The notes below the pieces were generated by a model that searched no databases, had not been told where the DNA came from, and saw only the letters and a list, made by a program, of their open reading frames with translations. This document shows, in pieces, positions 26,144 through 40,600 of a stretch of DNA of 64,000 bases; the stretch's first letter is position 1, and the number at the start of each line of letters is the position of its first letter. The translations under genes and the position numbers were made by a program. The DNA comes from Azolla caroliniana (lineage: Eukaryota; Plantae; Polypodiophyta): contig JBHGNT010000093.1 in assembly GCA_043228905.1 (NCBI GenBank), positions 1-64,000 of the forward strand. The letters run 5' to 3'.

Positions 26144-29100
26144 ACTCAAGGGCTCTTCTTAACTCACTCCTCAAATTTGCTAATTTCGTCATGTCTCTCG
26201 ACCTGAGTTTCAAAATCTTGATTTTTTAATTCCATATCATAGCTAGCGTTGTTAGGTTCGATTCGCTTGGTTGAACGGAAAAATCCGATATCACACGAGC
26301 CAGGTATGAACATTTTCATTTACTCAAGGCTTCCTCTCAACTCCCTCCTCATGTTTGCTAATTTCGTCATGTCTCTCGACCTGAGTTTCAAAATCTTGAT
26401 TTTTTAATTCCATATCATAGCTAGCGTTGTTAGCTTCGAATCGCATGTTTGAACACAAAAATTCGATATCACACTAGCAGGTATGAACATTTTAATTTAC
26501 TCAAGGGCTCCTCTCAACTCCCTCCTCATGTTTCCTAATTTCGTCATGTCTCTCGACCTGAGTTTCAAAATCTTGATTTTTTAATTCCATATCATAGCTA
26601 GCGTTGTTAGCTTCGATTTGCATGTTTGAACACAAAAAACCGATATCACACGAGGCAGGTATGAACATTTTAATTTACTCAAGGGCTCTTCTCAACTCAC
26701 TCCTCAAATTTGCTAATTTCGTCATGTCTCTCGACCTGAGTTTCAAAATCTTGATTTTTTAATTCCATATCATAGCTAGCGTTGTTAGCTTCGATTCGCA
26801 TGTTTGAACACAAAAATCCGATATCACACGAGCCAGGTATGAACATTTTCATTTACTCAAGGCTTCCTCTCAACTCCCTCCTCAAGTTTGCTAATGTCGT
26901 CATGTCTCTCGACCTAAGTTTCAAAATCTTGATTTTTTAATTCCATATCATAGCTAGCGTTGTTAGCTTCGATTCGCATGTTTGAACACAAGAATCCGAT
27001 ATCACAGGAGCCAGGTATGAACATTTTAATTTACTCAAGGGCTCCTCTCAACTCCCTCCTCATGTTTCCTAATTTCGTCATGTCTCTCGACCTGAGTTTC
27101 AAAAGCTTGATTTTTTAATTCTATATCATACCTAGCGTTGTTAGCTTCGATTCGCATGTTTGAACACAAAAATCCGATATCACACGAGCCAGGTATGAAC
27201 ATTTTCATTTACTCACAGGCTCCTCTCAACTCACTACTCACATTTGTTAATTTCGTCATGTCTCTCGACCTGAGTTTCAAAATCTTGATTTTTTAATTCC
27301 ATATCATAGCTAGCGTTGTTAGCTTCGATTCGCATGTTTGAACACAAGAATCCGATATCACAGGAGCCAGGTATGAACATTTTAATTTACTCAAGGGCTC
27401 CTCTCAACTCCCTCCTCATGTTTCCTAATTTCGTCATGTCTCTCGACCTGAGTTTCAAAATCTTGATTTTTTAATTCTATATCATACCTAGCGTTGTTAG
27501 CTTCGATTCGCATGTTTGAACACAAAAATCCGATATCACACGAGCTAGGTATGAACATTTTAATTTACTCAAGGGCTCCTCTCAACTCCCTCCTCATGTT
27601 TGCTAATTTCGCCATGTCTGTCGACTTGAGTTTCAAAATCTTGATTTTTTAATTCCATATTATAGCTAGCGTTGTTAGCTTCGAATCGCATATTTGAACA
27701 CAAAAATCCAATATCACACGAGGCAGGTATGAACATTTTAATTTACTCAAGGGCTCTTCTTAACTCACTCCTCAAATTTGCTAATTTCGTCATGTCTCTC
27801 GACCTGAGTTTCAAAATCTTGATTTTTTAATTCCATATCATAGCTAGCGTTGTTAGCTTCGATTCGCATGTTTGAACACAAGAATCCGATATCACAGGAG
27901 CCAGGTATGAACATTTTAATTTACTCAAGGGCTCCTCTCAACTCCCTCCTCATGTTTCCTAATTTCGTCATGTCTCTCGACCTGAGTTTCAAAATCTTGA
28001 TTTTTTAATTCTATATCATACCTAGCGTTGTTAGCTTCGATTCGCATGTTTGAACACAAAAATCCGATATCACACGAGCTAGGTATGAACATTTTAATTT
28101 ACTCAAGGGCTCCTCTCAACTCCCTCCTCATGTTTGCTAATTTCGCCATGTCTGTCGACTTGAGTTTCAAAATCTTGATTTTTTAATTCCATATTATAGC
28201 TAGCGTTGTTAGCTTCGAATCGCATATTTGAACACAAAAATCCGATATCACACGAGCCAGGTATGAACATTTTAATTTACTCAAGGGCTCTTCTTAACTC
28301 ACTCCTCAAATTTGCTAATTTCGTCATGTCTCTCGACCTGAGTTTCAAAATCTTGATTTTTTAATTCCATATCATAGCTAGCGTTGTTAGGTTCGATTCG
28401 CTTGGTTGAACGGAAAAATCCGATATCACACGAGCCAGGTATGAACATTTTCATTTACTCAAGGCTTCCTCTCAACTCCCTCCTCATGTTTGCTAATTTC
28501 GTCATGTCTCTCGACCTGAGTTTCAAAATCTTGATTTTTTAATTCCATATCATAGCTAGCGTTGTTAGCTTCGAATCGCATGTTTGAACACAAAAATTCG
28601 ATATCACACTAGCAGGTATGAACATTTTAATTTACTCAAGGGCTCCTCTCAACTCCCTCCTCATGTTTCCTAATTTCGTCATGTCTCTCGACCTGAGTTT
28701 CAAAATCTTGATTTTTTAATTCCATATCATAGCTAGCGTTGTTAGCTTCGATTTGCATGTTTGAACACAAAAAACCGATATCACACGAGGCAGGTATGAA
28801 CATTTTAATTTACTCAAGGGCTCTTCTCAACTCACTCCTCAAATTTGCTAATTTCGTCATGTCTCTCGACCTGAGTTTCAAAATCTTGATTTTTTAATTC
28901 CATATCATAGCTAGCGTTGTTAGCTTCGATTCGCATGTTTGAACACAAAAATCCGATATCACACGAGCCAGGTATGAACATTTTCATTTACTCAAGGCTT
29001 CCTCTCAACTCCCTCCTCAAGTTTGCTAATGTCGTCATGTCTCTCGACCTAAGTTTCAAAATCTTGATTTTTTAATTCCATATCATAGCTAGCGTTGTTA

Positions 29101-29990
29101 GCTTCGATTCGCATGTTTGAACACAAGAATCCGATATCACAGGAGCCAGGTATGAACATTTTAATTTACTCAAGGGCTCCTCTCAACTCCCTCCTCATGT
29201 TTCCTAATTTCGTCATGTCTCTCGACCTGAGTTTCAAAAGCTTGATTTTTTAATTCTATATCATACCTAGCGTTGTTAGCTTCGATTCGCATGTTTGAAC
29301 ACAAAAATCCGATATCACACGAGCCAGGTATGAACATTTTCATTTACTCACAGGCTCCTCTCAACTCACTACTCACATTTGTTAATTTCGTCATGTCTCT
29401 CGACCTGAGTTTCAAAATCTTGATTTTTTAATTCCATATCATAGCTAGCGTTGTTAGCTTCGATTCGCATGTTTGAACACAAGAATCCGATATCACAGGA
29501 GCCAGGTATGAACATTTTAATTTACTCAAGGGCTCCTCTCAACTCCCTCCTCATGTTTCCTAATTTCGTCATGTCTCTCGACCTGAGTTTCAAAATCTTG
29601 ATTTTTTAATTCTATATCATACCTAGCGTTGTTAGCTTCGATTCGCATGTTTGAACACAAAAATCCGATATCACACGAGCTAGGTATGAACATTTTAATT
29701 TACTCAAGGGCTCCTCTCAACTCCCTCCTCATGTTTGCTAATTTCGCCATGTCTGTCGACTTGAGTTTCAAAATCTTGATTTTTTAATTCCATATTATAG
29801 CTAGCGTTGTTAGCTTCGAATCGCATATTTGAACACAAAAATCCAATATCACACGAGGCAGGTATGAACATTTTAATTTACTCAAGGGCTCTTCTTAACT
29901 CACTCCTCAAATTTGCTAATTTCGTCATGTCTCTCGACCTGAGTTTCAAAATCTTGATTTTTTAATTCCATATCATAGCTAGCGTTGTTA
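25700..29990 (+). repeat. 12-monomer tandem duplication, period 2135 bp
   Basis: ATTCGATATCACACTAGCAGG at 26461/28596 and private HindIII site AAGCTT at 27103/29238. 12x178-1 = 2135. Confidence 0.92.
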
Positions 29991-32719
29991 GGTTCGATTC
30001 GCTTGGTTGAACGGAAAAATCCGATATCACACGAGCCAGGTATGAACATTTTCATTTACTCAAGGCTTCCTCTCAAGTCCCTCCTCATGTTTGCTAATTT
30101 CGTCATGTCTCTCGACCTGAGTTTCAAAATCTTGATTTTTTAATTCCATATCATAGCTAGCGTTGTTAGCTTCGATTCGCATGTTTGAACACAAAAATCC
30201 GATATCACACGAGCCACGTAAGAACATTTTAATTTACTCAAGGGCTCCTCTCAACTCCCTCCTCATGTTTCCTAATTTCGTCATGTCTCTCGACCTGAGT
30301 TTCAAAATTTGGATTTTTTAATTCTATATCATACCTAGCGTTGTTAGCTTCGAATCGCATGTTTGAACACAAAAATCCGATATGACACGAGCCAGGTATG
30401 AACATTTTCATTTATTCACAGGCTCCTCTCAACTCACTACTCACATTTGTTAATTTCGTCATGTCTCTCGACCTGAGTTTCAAAATCTTGATTTTTTAAT
30501 TCCATATCATAGCTAGCGTTGTTAGCTTCGATTCGCATGTTTGAACACAAAAATCGGATATCACACGAGCCAGGTATGAACATTTTCATTTACTCAAGGC
30601 TTCCTCTCAACTCCCTCCTCAAGTTTGCTAATGTCGTCATGTCTCTCGACCTGAGTTTCAAAATCTTGATTTTTTAATTCCATATCATAGCTAGCGTTGT
30701 TAGCTTCGATTCGCATGTTTGAACACAAGAATCCGATATCACAGGAGCCAGGTATGAACATTTTAATTTACTCAAGGGCTCCTCTCAACTCCCTCCTCAT
30801 GTTTCCTAATTTCGTCATGTCTCTCGACCTGAGTTTCAAAATCTTGATTTTTTAATTCTATATCATACCTAGCGTTGTTAGCTTCGATTCGCATGTTTGA
30901 ACACAAAAATCCGATATCACACGAGCTAGGTATGAACATTTTAATTTACTCAAGGGCTCCTCTCAACTCCCTCCTCATGTTTGCTAATTTCGCCATGTCT
31001 GTCGACTTGAGTTTCAAAATCTTGATTTTTTAATTCCATATTATAGCTAGCGTTGTTAGCTTCGAATCGCATATTTGAACACAAAAATCCGATATCACAC
31101 GAGGCAGGTATGAACATTTTAATTTACTCAAGGGCTCTTCTTAACTCACTCCTCAAATTTGCTAATTTCGTCATGTCTCTCGACCTGAGTTTCAAAATCT
31201 TGATTTTTTAATTCCATATCATAGCTAGCGTTGTTAGGTTCGATTCGCTTCGTTGAACGGAAAAATCCGATATCACACGAGCCAGGTATGAACATTTTCA
31301 TTTACTCAAGGCTTCCTCTCAACTCCCTCCTCATGTTTGCTAATTTCGTCATGTCTCTCGACCTGAGTTTCAAAATCTTGAATTTTTAATTCCATATCAT
31401 AGCTAGCGTTGTTAGCTTCGATTCGCATGTTTGAACACAAAAATCCGATATCACACGAGCCACGTATGAACATTTTAATTTACTCAAGGGCTCCTCTCAA
31501 CTCCCTCCTCATGTTTCCTAATTTCGTCATGTCTCTCGACCTGAGTTTCAAAATTTGGATTTTTTAATTCTATATCATACCTAGCGTTGTTAGCTTCGAA
31601 TCGCATGTTTGAACACAAAAATCCGATATCACACGAGCCAGGTATGAACATTTTCATTTATTCACAGGCTCCTCTCAACTCACTACTCACATTTGTTAAT
31701 TTCGTCATGTCTCTCGACTTGAGTTTCAAAATCTTGATTTTTTAATTCCATATCATAGCTAGCGTTGTTAGCTTCGATTCGCATGTTTCAACACAAAAAT
31801 CGGATATCACACGAGCCAGGTATGAACATTTTCATTTACTCAAGGCTTCCTCTCAACCCCCTCCTCATGTTTGCTAATGTCGTCATGTCTCTCGACCTGA
31901 GTTTCAAAATCTTGATTTTTTAATTCCATATCATAGCTAGCGTTGTTAGCTTCGATTCGCATGTTTGAACACAAAAATCCGATATCACACGAGCCAGGTA
32001 TGAAAATTTTAATTTACTCAAGGGCTCCTCTCAACTCCCTCCTCATGTTTCCTAATTTCGTCATGTCTCTCGACCTGAGTTTCAAAATTTTGATTTTTTA
32101 ATTCTATATCATACCTAGCGTTGTTAGCTTCGAATCGCATGTTTGAACACAAAAATCCGATATCACACGAGCCAGGTATGAACATTTTCATTTACTCATA
32201 GGCTCCTCTCAACTCACTACTCACATTTGTTAATTTCGTCATGTCTCTCGACCTGAGTTTCAAAATCTTGATTTTTTAATTCCATATCATAGCTAGCGTT
32301 GTTAGCTTCGAATTGCATGTTTGAACACAAAAATCCGATATTACACGAGCCAGGTATGAACATTTTAATTTACTCAAGGGCTCCTCGTAACTCCCTCCTC
32401 ATATTTGCTAATTTCGTCATGTCTCTCGACCTGAGTTTCAAAATCTTGATTTTTTAATTCGATATCATAGCTAGCGTTGTTAGCTTCGATTCGCATGTTT
32501 GAACACAAAAATCCGATATCACACGAGCCTGGTATGAACATTTTAATTTACTCAAGGGCTCCTCTCAACTCCCTCCTCAAATTTGGTAATTTCATCATGT
32601 CTCTTGACCTGAGTTTCAAAATCTTGATTTTTTAATTCCATATCATAGCTAGCGTTGTTAGCTTCGAATCGCATGTTTGAACACAAAAATCCGATATCAC
32701 ACGAGCCAGGTATGAACAT

Positions 32720-35700
32720 TTTAATTTACTCACAGGCTCCTCTCAACTCACTACTCACATTTGTTAATTTCGTCATGTCTCTCGACCTGAGTTTCCAAAT
32801 CTTGATTTTTTAATTCCATATCATAGCTACCGTTGTTAGCTTCGAATTGCATGTTTGAACACAAAAATCCGATATCACACGAGCCAGATATGAACATTTT
32901 CATTTACTCACAGGCTCCTCTCAACTCACTACTCACATTTGTTAATTTCGTCATGTCTCTCGACCTGAGTTTCAAAATCTTGATTTTTTAATTCCATATT
33001 ATAGCTAGAGTTGTTAGCTTCGAATCGCATGTTTGAACAGAAAAATCCGATATCACACGAGGCAGGTATGAACATTTTAATTTACTCAAGGGCTCCTCTC
33101 AACTCCCTCCTCATGTTTCCTAATTTCGTCATGTCTCTCGACCTGAGTTTCGAAATATTTATTTTTTAATTCTATATCATAGCTACCGTTGTTAGCTTCG
33201 ATTCGCATGTTTGAACACAAATATCCGATATCACACGAGCCAGGTATGAACATTTTAATTTACTCAAGGGCTCCTCTCAACTCCCTCCTCATGTTTGCTA
33301 ATTTCGTCATGTCTCTCGACCTGAGTTTCAAAATCTTGATTTTTTAATTCCATATCATAGCTAGCGTTGTTAGCTTCGATTCACATGTTTGAACACAAAA
33401 ATCCGATATTACACGAGCCAGGTATGAACATTTTAATTTACTCAAGGGCTCCTCTCAACTCCCTCCTCATGTTTGCTAATTTCGTCATGTCTCTCGACCT
33501 GAGTTTCAAAATCTTGATTTTTTAATTCCATATCATAGTTAGCGTTGTTAGCTTCGAATCGCATGTTTGAACACAAAAATCCAATATCACACTAGCAGGT
33601 ATGAACATTTTAATTTACTCAAGGGCTCCTCTCAACTCCCTCCTCATGTTTCCTAATTTCGTCATGTCTCTCGACCTGAGTTTCAAAATCTTGATTTTTT
33701 AATTCCATATCATAGCTAGCGTTGTTAGCTTTGATTCGCATGTTTGAACACAAAAATCCGATATCACACGAGGCAGGTATGAACATTTTAATTTACTCAA
33801 GGGCTCTTCTCAACTCACTCCTCAAATTTGCTAATTTCGTCATGTCTCTCGACCTGAGTTTCAAAATCTTGATTTTTTAATTCCATATTATAGCTAGAGT
33901 TGTTAGCTTCGAATCGCATGTTTGAACACAAAAATCCGATATCACACGAGGCAGGTATGAACATTTTAATTTACTCAAGGGCTCCTCTCAACTCCCTCCT
34001 CATGTTTCCTAATTTCGTCATGTCTCTCGACCTGAGTTTCAAAATATTTATTTTTTAATTCTATATCATAGCTACCGTTGTTAGCTTCGATTCGCATGTT
34101 TGAACACAAAAATCCGATATCACACGAGCCAGGTATGAACATTTTAATTTACTCAAGGGCTCCTCTCAACTCCCTCCTCATGTTTGCTAATTTCGTCATG
34201 TCTCTCGACCTGAGTTTCAAAATCTTGATTTTTTAATTCCATATCATAGCTAGCGTTGTTAGCTTCGATTCACATGTTTGAACACAAAAATCCGATATTA
34301 CACGAGCCAGGTATGAACATTTTAATTTACTCAAGGGCTCCTCTCAACTCCGTCCTCATGTTTGCTAATTTCGTCATGTCTCTCGACCTGAGTTTCAAAA
34401 TCTTGATTTTTTAATTCCATATCATAGCTAGCGTTGTTAGGTTCGATTCGCTTGGTTGAACGGAAAAATCCGATATCACACGAGCCAGGTATGAACATTT
34501 TCATTTACTCAAGGCTTCCTCTCAACTCCCTCCTCATGTTTGCTAATTTCGTCATGTCTCTCGACCTGAGTTTCAAAATCTTGATTTCTTAATTCCATAT
34601 CATAGCTAGCGTTGTTAGCTTCGATTCGCATGTTTGAACACAAAAATCCGATATCACACGAGCCACGTATGAACATTTTAATTTACTCAAGGGCTCCTCT
34701 CAACTCCCTCCTCATGTTTCCTAATTTCGTCATGTCTCTCGACCTGAGTTTCAAAATTTGGATTTTTTAATTCTATATCATACCTAGCGTTGTTAGCTTC
34801 GAATCGCATGTTTGAACACAAAAATCCGATATGACACGAGCCAGGTATGAACATTTTCATTTATTCACAGGCTCCTCTCAACTCACTACTCACATTTGTT
34901 AATTTCGTCATGTCTCTCGACCTGAGTTTCAAAATCTTGATTTTTTAATTCCATATCATAGCTAGCGTTGTTAGCTTCGATTCGCATGTTTGAACACAAA
35001 AATCGGATATCACACGAGCCAGGTATGAACATTTTCATTTACTCAAGGCTTCCTCTCAACTCCCTCCTCAAGTTTGCTAATGTCGTCATGTCTCTCGACC
35101 TGAGTTTCAAAATCTTGATTTTTTAATTCCATATCATAGCTAGCGTTGTTAGCTTCGATTCGCATGTTTGAACACAAGAAGCCGATATCACAGGAGCCAG
35201 GTATGAACATTTTAATTTACTCACAGGCTCCTCTCAACTCACTACTCACATTTGTTAATTTCGTCATGTCTCTCGACCTGAGTTTCCAAATCTTGATTTT
35301 TTAATTCCATATCATAGCTACCGTTGTTAGCTTCGAATTGCATGTTTGAACACAAAAATCCGATATCACACGAGCCAGATATGAACATTTTCATTTACTC
35401 ACAGGCTCCTCTCAACTCACTACTCACATTTGTTAATTTCGTCATGTCTCTCGACCTGAGTTTCAAAATCTTGATTTTTTAATTCCATATTATAGCTAGA
35501 GTTGTTAGCTTCGAATCGCATGTTTGAACACAAAAATCCGATATCACACGAGGCAGGTATGAACATTTTAATTTACTCAAGGGCTCCTCTCAACTCCCTC
35601 CTCATGTTTCCTAATTTCGTCATGTCTCTCGACCTGAGTTTCAAAATATTTATTTTTTAATTCTATATCATAGCTACCGTTGTTAGCTTCCATTCGCATG

Positions 35701-37690
35701 TTTGAACACAAAAATCCGATATCACACGAGCCAGGTATGAACATTTTAATTTACTCAAGGGCTCCTCTCAACTCCCTCCTCATGTTTGCTAATTTCGTCA
35801 TGTCTCTCGACCTGAGTTTCAAAATCTTGATTTTTTAATTCCATATCATAGCTAGCGTTGTTAGCTTCGATTCACATGTTTGAACACAAAAATCCGATAT
35901 TACACGAGCCAGGTATGAACATTTTAATTTACTCAAGGGCTCCTCTCAACTCCCTCCTCATGTTTGCTAATTTCGTCATGTCTCTCGACCTGAGTTTCAA
36001 AATCTTGATTTTTTAATTCCATATCATAGTTAGCGTTGTTAGCTTCGAATCGCATGTTTGAACACAAAAATCCAATATCACACTAGCAGGTATGAACATT
36101 TTAATTTACTCAAGGGCTCCTCTCAACTCCCTCCTCATGTTTCCTAATTTCGTCATGTCTCTCGACCTGAGTTTCAAAATCTTGATTTTTTAATTCCAGA
36201 TCATAACTAGCGTTGTTAGCTTTGATTCGCATGTTTGAACACAAAAATCCGATATCACACGAGGCAGGTATGAACATTTTAATTTACTCAAGGGCTCTTC
36301 TCAACTCACTCCTCAAATTTGCTAATTTCGTCATGTCTCTCGACCTGAGTTTCAAAATCTTGATTTTTTAATTCCATATTATAGCTAGAGTTGTTAGCTT
36401 CGAATCGCATGTTTGAACACAAAAATCCGATATCACACGAGGCAGGTATGAACATTTTAATTTACTCAAGGGCTCCTCTCAACTCCCTCCTCATGTTTCC
36501 TAATTTCGTCATGTCTCTCGACCTGAGTTTCAAAATATTTATTTTTTAATTCTATATCATAGCTACCGTTGTTAGCTTCGATTCGCATGTTTGAACACAA
36601 AAATCCGATATCACACGAGCCAGGTATGAACATTTTAATTTACTCAAGGGCTCCTCTCAACTCCCTCCTCATGTTTGCTAATTTCGTCATGTCTCTCGAC
36701 CTGAGTTTCAAAATCTTGATTTTTTAATTCCATATCATAGCTAGCGTTGTTAGCTTCGATTCACATGTTTGAACACAAAAATCCGATATTACACGAGCCA
36801 GGTATGAACATTTTAATTTACTCAAGGGCTCCTCTCAACTCCGTCCTCATGTTTGCTAATTTCGTCATGTCTCTCGACCTGAGTTTCAAAATCTTGATTT
36901 TTTAATTCCATATCATAGCTAGCGTTGTTAGGTTCGATTCGCTTGGTTGAACGGAAAAATCCGATATCACACGAGCCAGGTATGAACATTTTCATTTACT
37001 CAAGGCTTCCTCTCAACTCCCTCCTCATGTTTGCTAATTTCGTCATATCTCTCGACCTGAGTTTCAAAATCTTGATTTCTTAATTCCATATCATAGCTAG
37101 CGTTGTTAGCTTCGATTCGCATGTTTGAACACAAAAATCCGATATCACACGAGCCACGTATGAACATTTTAATTTACTCAAGGGCTCCTCTCAACTCCCT
37201 CCTCATGTTTCCTAATTTCGTCATGTCTCTCGACCTGAGTTTCAAAATTTGGATTTTTTAATTCTATATCATACCTAGCGTTGTGAGCTTCGAATCGCAT
37301 GTTTGAACACAAAAATCCGATATGACACGAGCCAGGTATGAACATTTTCATTTATTCACAGGCTCCTCTCAACTCACTACTCACATTTGTTAATTTCGTC
37401 ATGTCTCTCGACCTGAGTTTCAAAATCTTGATTTTTTAATTCCATATCATAGCTAGCGTTGTTAGCTTCGATTCGCATGTTTGAACACAAAAATCGGATA
37501 TCACACGAGCCAGGTATGAACATTTTCATTTACTCAAGGCTTCCTCTCAACTCCCTCCTCAAGTTTGCTAATGTCGTCATGTCTCTCGACCTGAGTTTCA
37601 AAATCTTGATTTTTTAATTCCATATCATAGCTAGCGTTGTTAGCTTCGATTCGCATGTTTGAACACAAGAAGCCGATATCACAGGAGCCA
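32720..37690 (+). repeat. 14-monomer tandem duplication, period 2491 bp
   Basis: GAGCCAGATA at 32881/35372 and GCCGATATCACAGG at 35181/37672. 14x178-1 = 2491. Confidence 0.9.
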
Positions 37691-40600
37691 CGTATGAACA
37701 TTTTAATTTACTCAAGGGCTCCTCTCAACTCCCTCCTCATGTTTGCTAATTTCGCCATGTCTGTCGACTTGAGTTTCAAAATCTTGATTTTTTAATTCCA
37801 TATTATAGCTAGCGTTGTTAGCTTCGAATCGCATATTTGAACACAAAAATCCGATATCACACGAGGCAGGTATGAACATTTTAATTTACTCAAGGGCTCT
37901 TCTTAACTCACTCCTCAAATTTGCTAATTTCGTCATGTCTCTCGACCTGAGTTTCAAAATCTTGATTTTTTAATTCCATATCATAGCTAGCGTTGTTAGG
38001 TTCGATTCGCTTGGTTGAACGGAAAAATCCGATATCACACGAGCCAGGTATGAACATTTTCATTTACTCAAGGCTTCCTCTCAACTCCCTCCTCATGTTT
38101 GCTAATTTCGTCATGTCTCTCGACCTGAGTTTAAAAATCTTGAATTTTTAATTCCATATCATAGCTAGCGTTGTTAGCTTCGATTCGCATGTTTGAACAC
38201 AAAAATCCGATATCACACGAGCCACGTATGAACATTTTAATTTACTCAAGGGCTCCTCTCAACTCCCTCCTCATGTTTCCTAATTTCGTCATGTCTCTCG
38301 ACCTGAGTTTCAAAATTTGGATTTTTTAATTCTATATCATACCTAGCGTTGTTAGCTTCGAATCGCATGTTTGAACACAAAAATCCGATATCACACGAGC
38401 CAGGTATGAACATTTTCATTTATTCACAGGCTCCTCTCAACTCACTACTCACATTTGTTAATTTCGTCATGTCTCTCGACTTGAGTTTCAAAATCTTGAT
38501 TTTTTAATTCCATATCATAGCTAGCGTTGTTAGCTTCGATTCGCATGTTTCAACACAAAAATCGGATATAACACGAGCCAGGTATGAACATTTTCATTTA
38601 CTCAAGGCTTCCTCTCAACCCCCTCCTCATGTTTGCTAATGTCGTCATGTCTCTCGACCTGAGTTTCAAAATCTTGATTTTTTAATTCCATATCATAGCT
38701 AGCGTTGTTAGCTTCGAATCGCATGTTTGAACACAAAAATCCGATATCACACGAGCCAGGTATGAACATTTTAATTTACTCAAGGGCTCCTCTCAACTCC
38801 CTCCTCATGTTTGCTAATTTCGTCATGTCTCTCGACCTGAGTTTCAAAATCTTGATTTTTTAATTCCATATCATAGCTAGCGTTGTTAGCTTCGATTCAC
38901 ATGTTTGAACACAAAAATCCGATATTACACGAGCCAGGTATGAACATTTTAATTTACTCAAGGGCTCCTCTCAACTCCCTCCTCATGTTTGCTAATTTCG
39001 TCATGTCTCTCGACCTGAGTTTCAAAATCTTGATTTTTTAATTCCATATCATAGTTAGCGTTGTTAGCTTCGAATCGCATGTTTGAACACAAAAATCCAA
39101 TATCACACTAGCAGGTATGAACATTTTAATTTACTCAAGGGCTCCTCTCAACTCCCTCCTCATGTTTCCTAATTTCGTCATGTCTCTCGACCTGAGTTTC
39201 AAAATCTTGATTTTTTAATTCCATATCATAACTAGCGTTGTTAGCTTTGATTCGCATGTTTGAACACAAAAATCCGATATCACACGAGGCAGGTATGAAC
39301 ATTTTAATTTACTCAAGGGCTCCTCTCAACTCCCTCCTCATGTTTGCTAATTTCGCCATGTCTGTCGACTTGAGTTTCAAAATCTTGATTTTTTAATTCC
39401 ATATTATAGCTAGCGTTGTTAGCTTCGAATCGCATATTTGAACACAAAAATCCGATATCACACGAGGCAGGTATGAACATTTTAATTTACTCAAGGGCTC
39501 TTCTTAACTCACTCCTCAAATTTGCTAATTTCGTCATGTCTCTCGACCTGAGTTTCAAAATCTTGATTTTTTAATTCCATATCATAGCTAGCGTTGTTAG
39601 GTTCGATTCGCTTGGTTGAACGGAAAAATCCGATATCACACGAGCCAGGTATGAACATTTTCATTTACTCAAGGCTTCCTCTCAACTCCCTCCTCATGTT
39701 TGCTAATTTCGTCATGTCTCTCGACCTGAGTTTAAAAATCTTGATTTTTTAATTCCATATCATAGCTAGCGTTGTTAGCTTCGATTCGCATGTTTGAACA
39801 CAAAAATCCGATATCACACGAGCCACGTATGAACATTTTAATTTACTCAAGGGCTCCTCTCAACTCCCTCCTCATGTTTCCTAATTTCGTCATGTCTCTC
39901 GACCTGAGTTTCAAAATTTGGATTTTTTAATTCTATATCATACCTAGCGTTGTTAGCTTCGAATCGCATGTTTGAACACAAAAATCCGATATCACACGAG
40001 CCAGGTATGAACATTTTCATTTATTCACAGGCTCCTCTCAACTCACTACTCACATTTGTTAATTTCGTCATGTCTCTCGACTTGAGTTTCAAAATCTTGA
40101 TTTTTTAATTCCATATCATAGCTAGCGTTGTTAGCTTCGATTCGCATGTTTCAACACAAAAATCGGATATAACACGAGCCAGGTATGAACATTTTCATTT
40201 ACTCAAGGCTTCCTCTCAACCCCCTCCTCATGTTTGCTAATGTCGTCATGTCTCTCGACCTGAGTTTCAAAATCTTGATTTTTTAATTCCATATCATAGC
40301 TAGCGTTGTTAGCTTCGAATCGCATGTTTGAACACAAAAATCCGATATCACACGAGCCAGGTATGAACATTTTAATTTACTCAAGGGCTCCTCTCAACTC
40401 CCTCCTCATGTTTGCTAATTTCGTCATGTCTCTCGACCTGAGTTTCAAAATCTTGATTTTTTAATTCCATATCATAGCTAGCGTTGTTAGCTTCGATTCA
40501 CATGTTTGAACACAAAAATCCGATATTACACGAGCCAGGTATGAACATTTTAATTTACTCAAGGGCTCCTCTCAACTCCCTCCTCATGTTTGCTAATTTC

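Noticed and set aside
31248-31265. CENP-B box-like CTTCGTTGAACGGA (also at about 51356)
   Set aside because: It does not fit NTTCGNNNNANNCGGGN spacing, lacks CGGG, and was seen in only two monomers.
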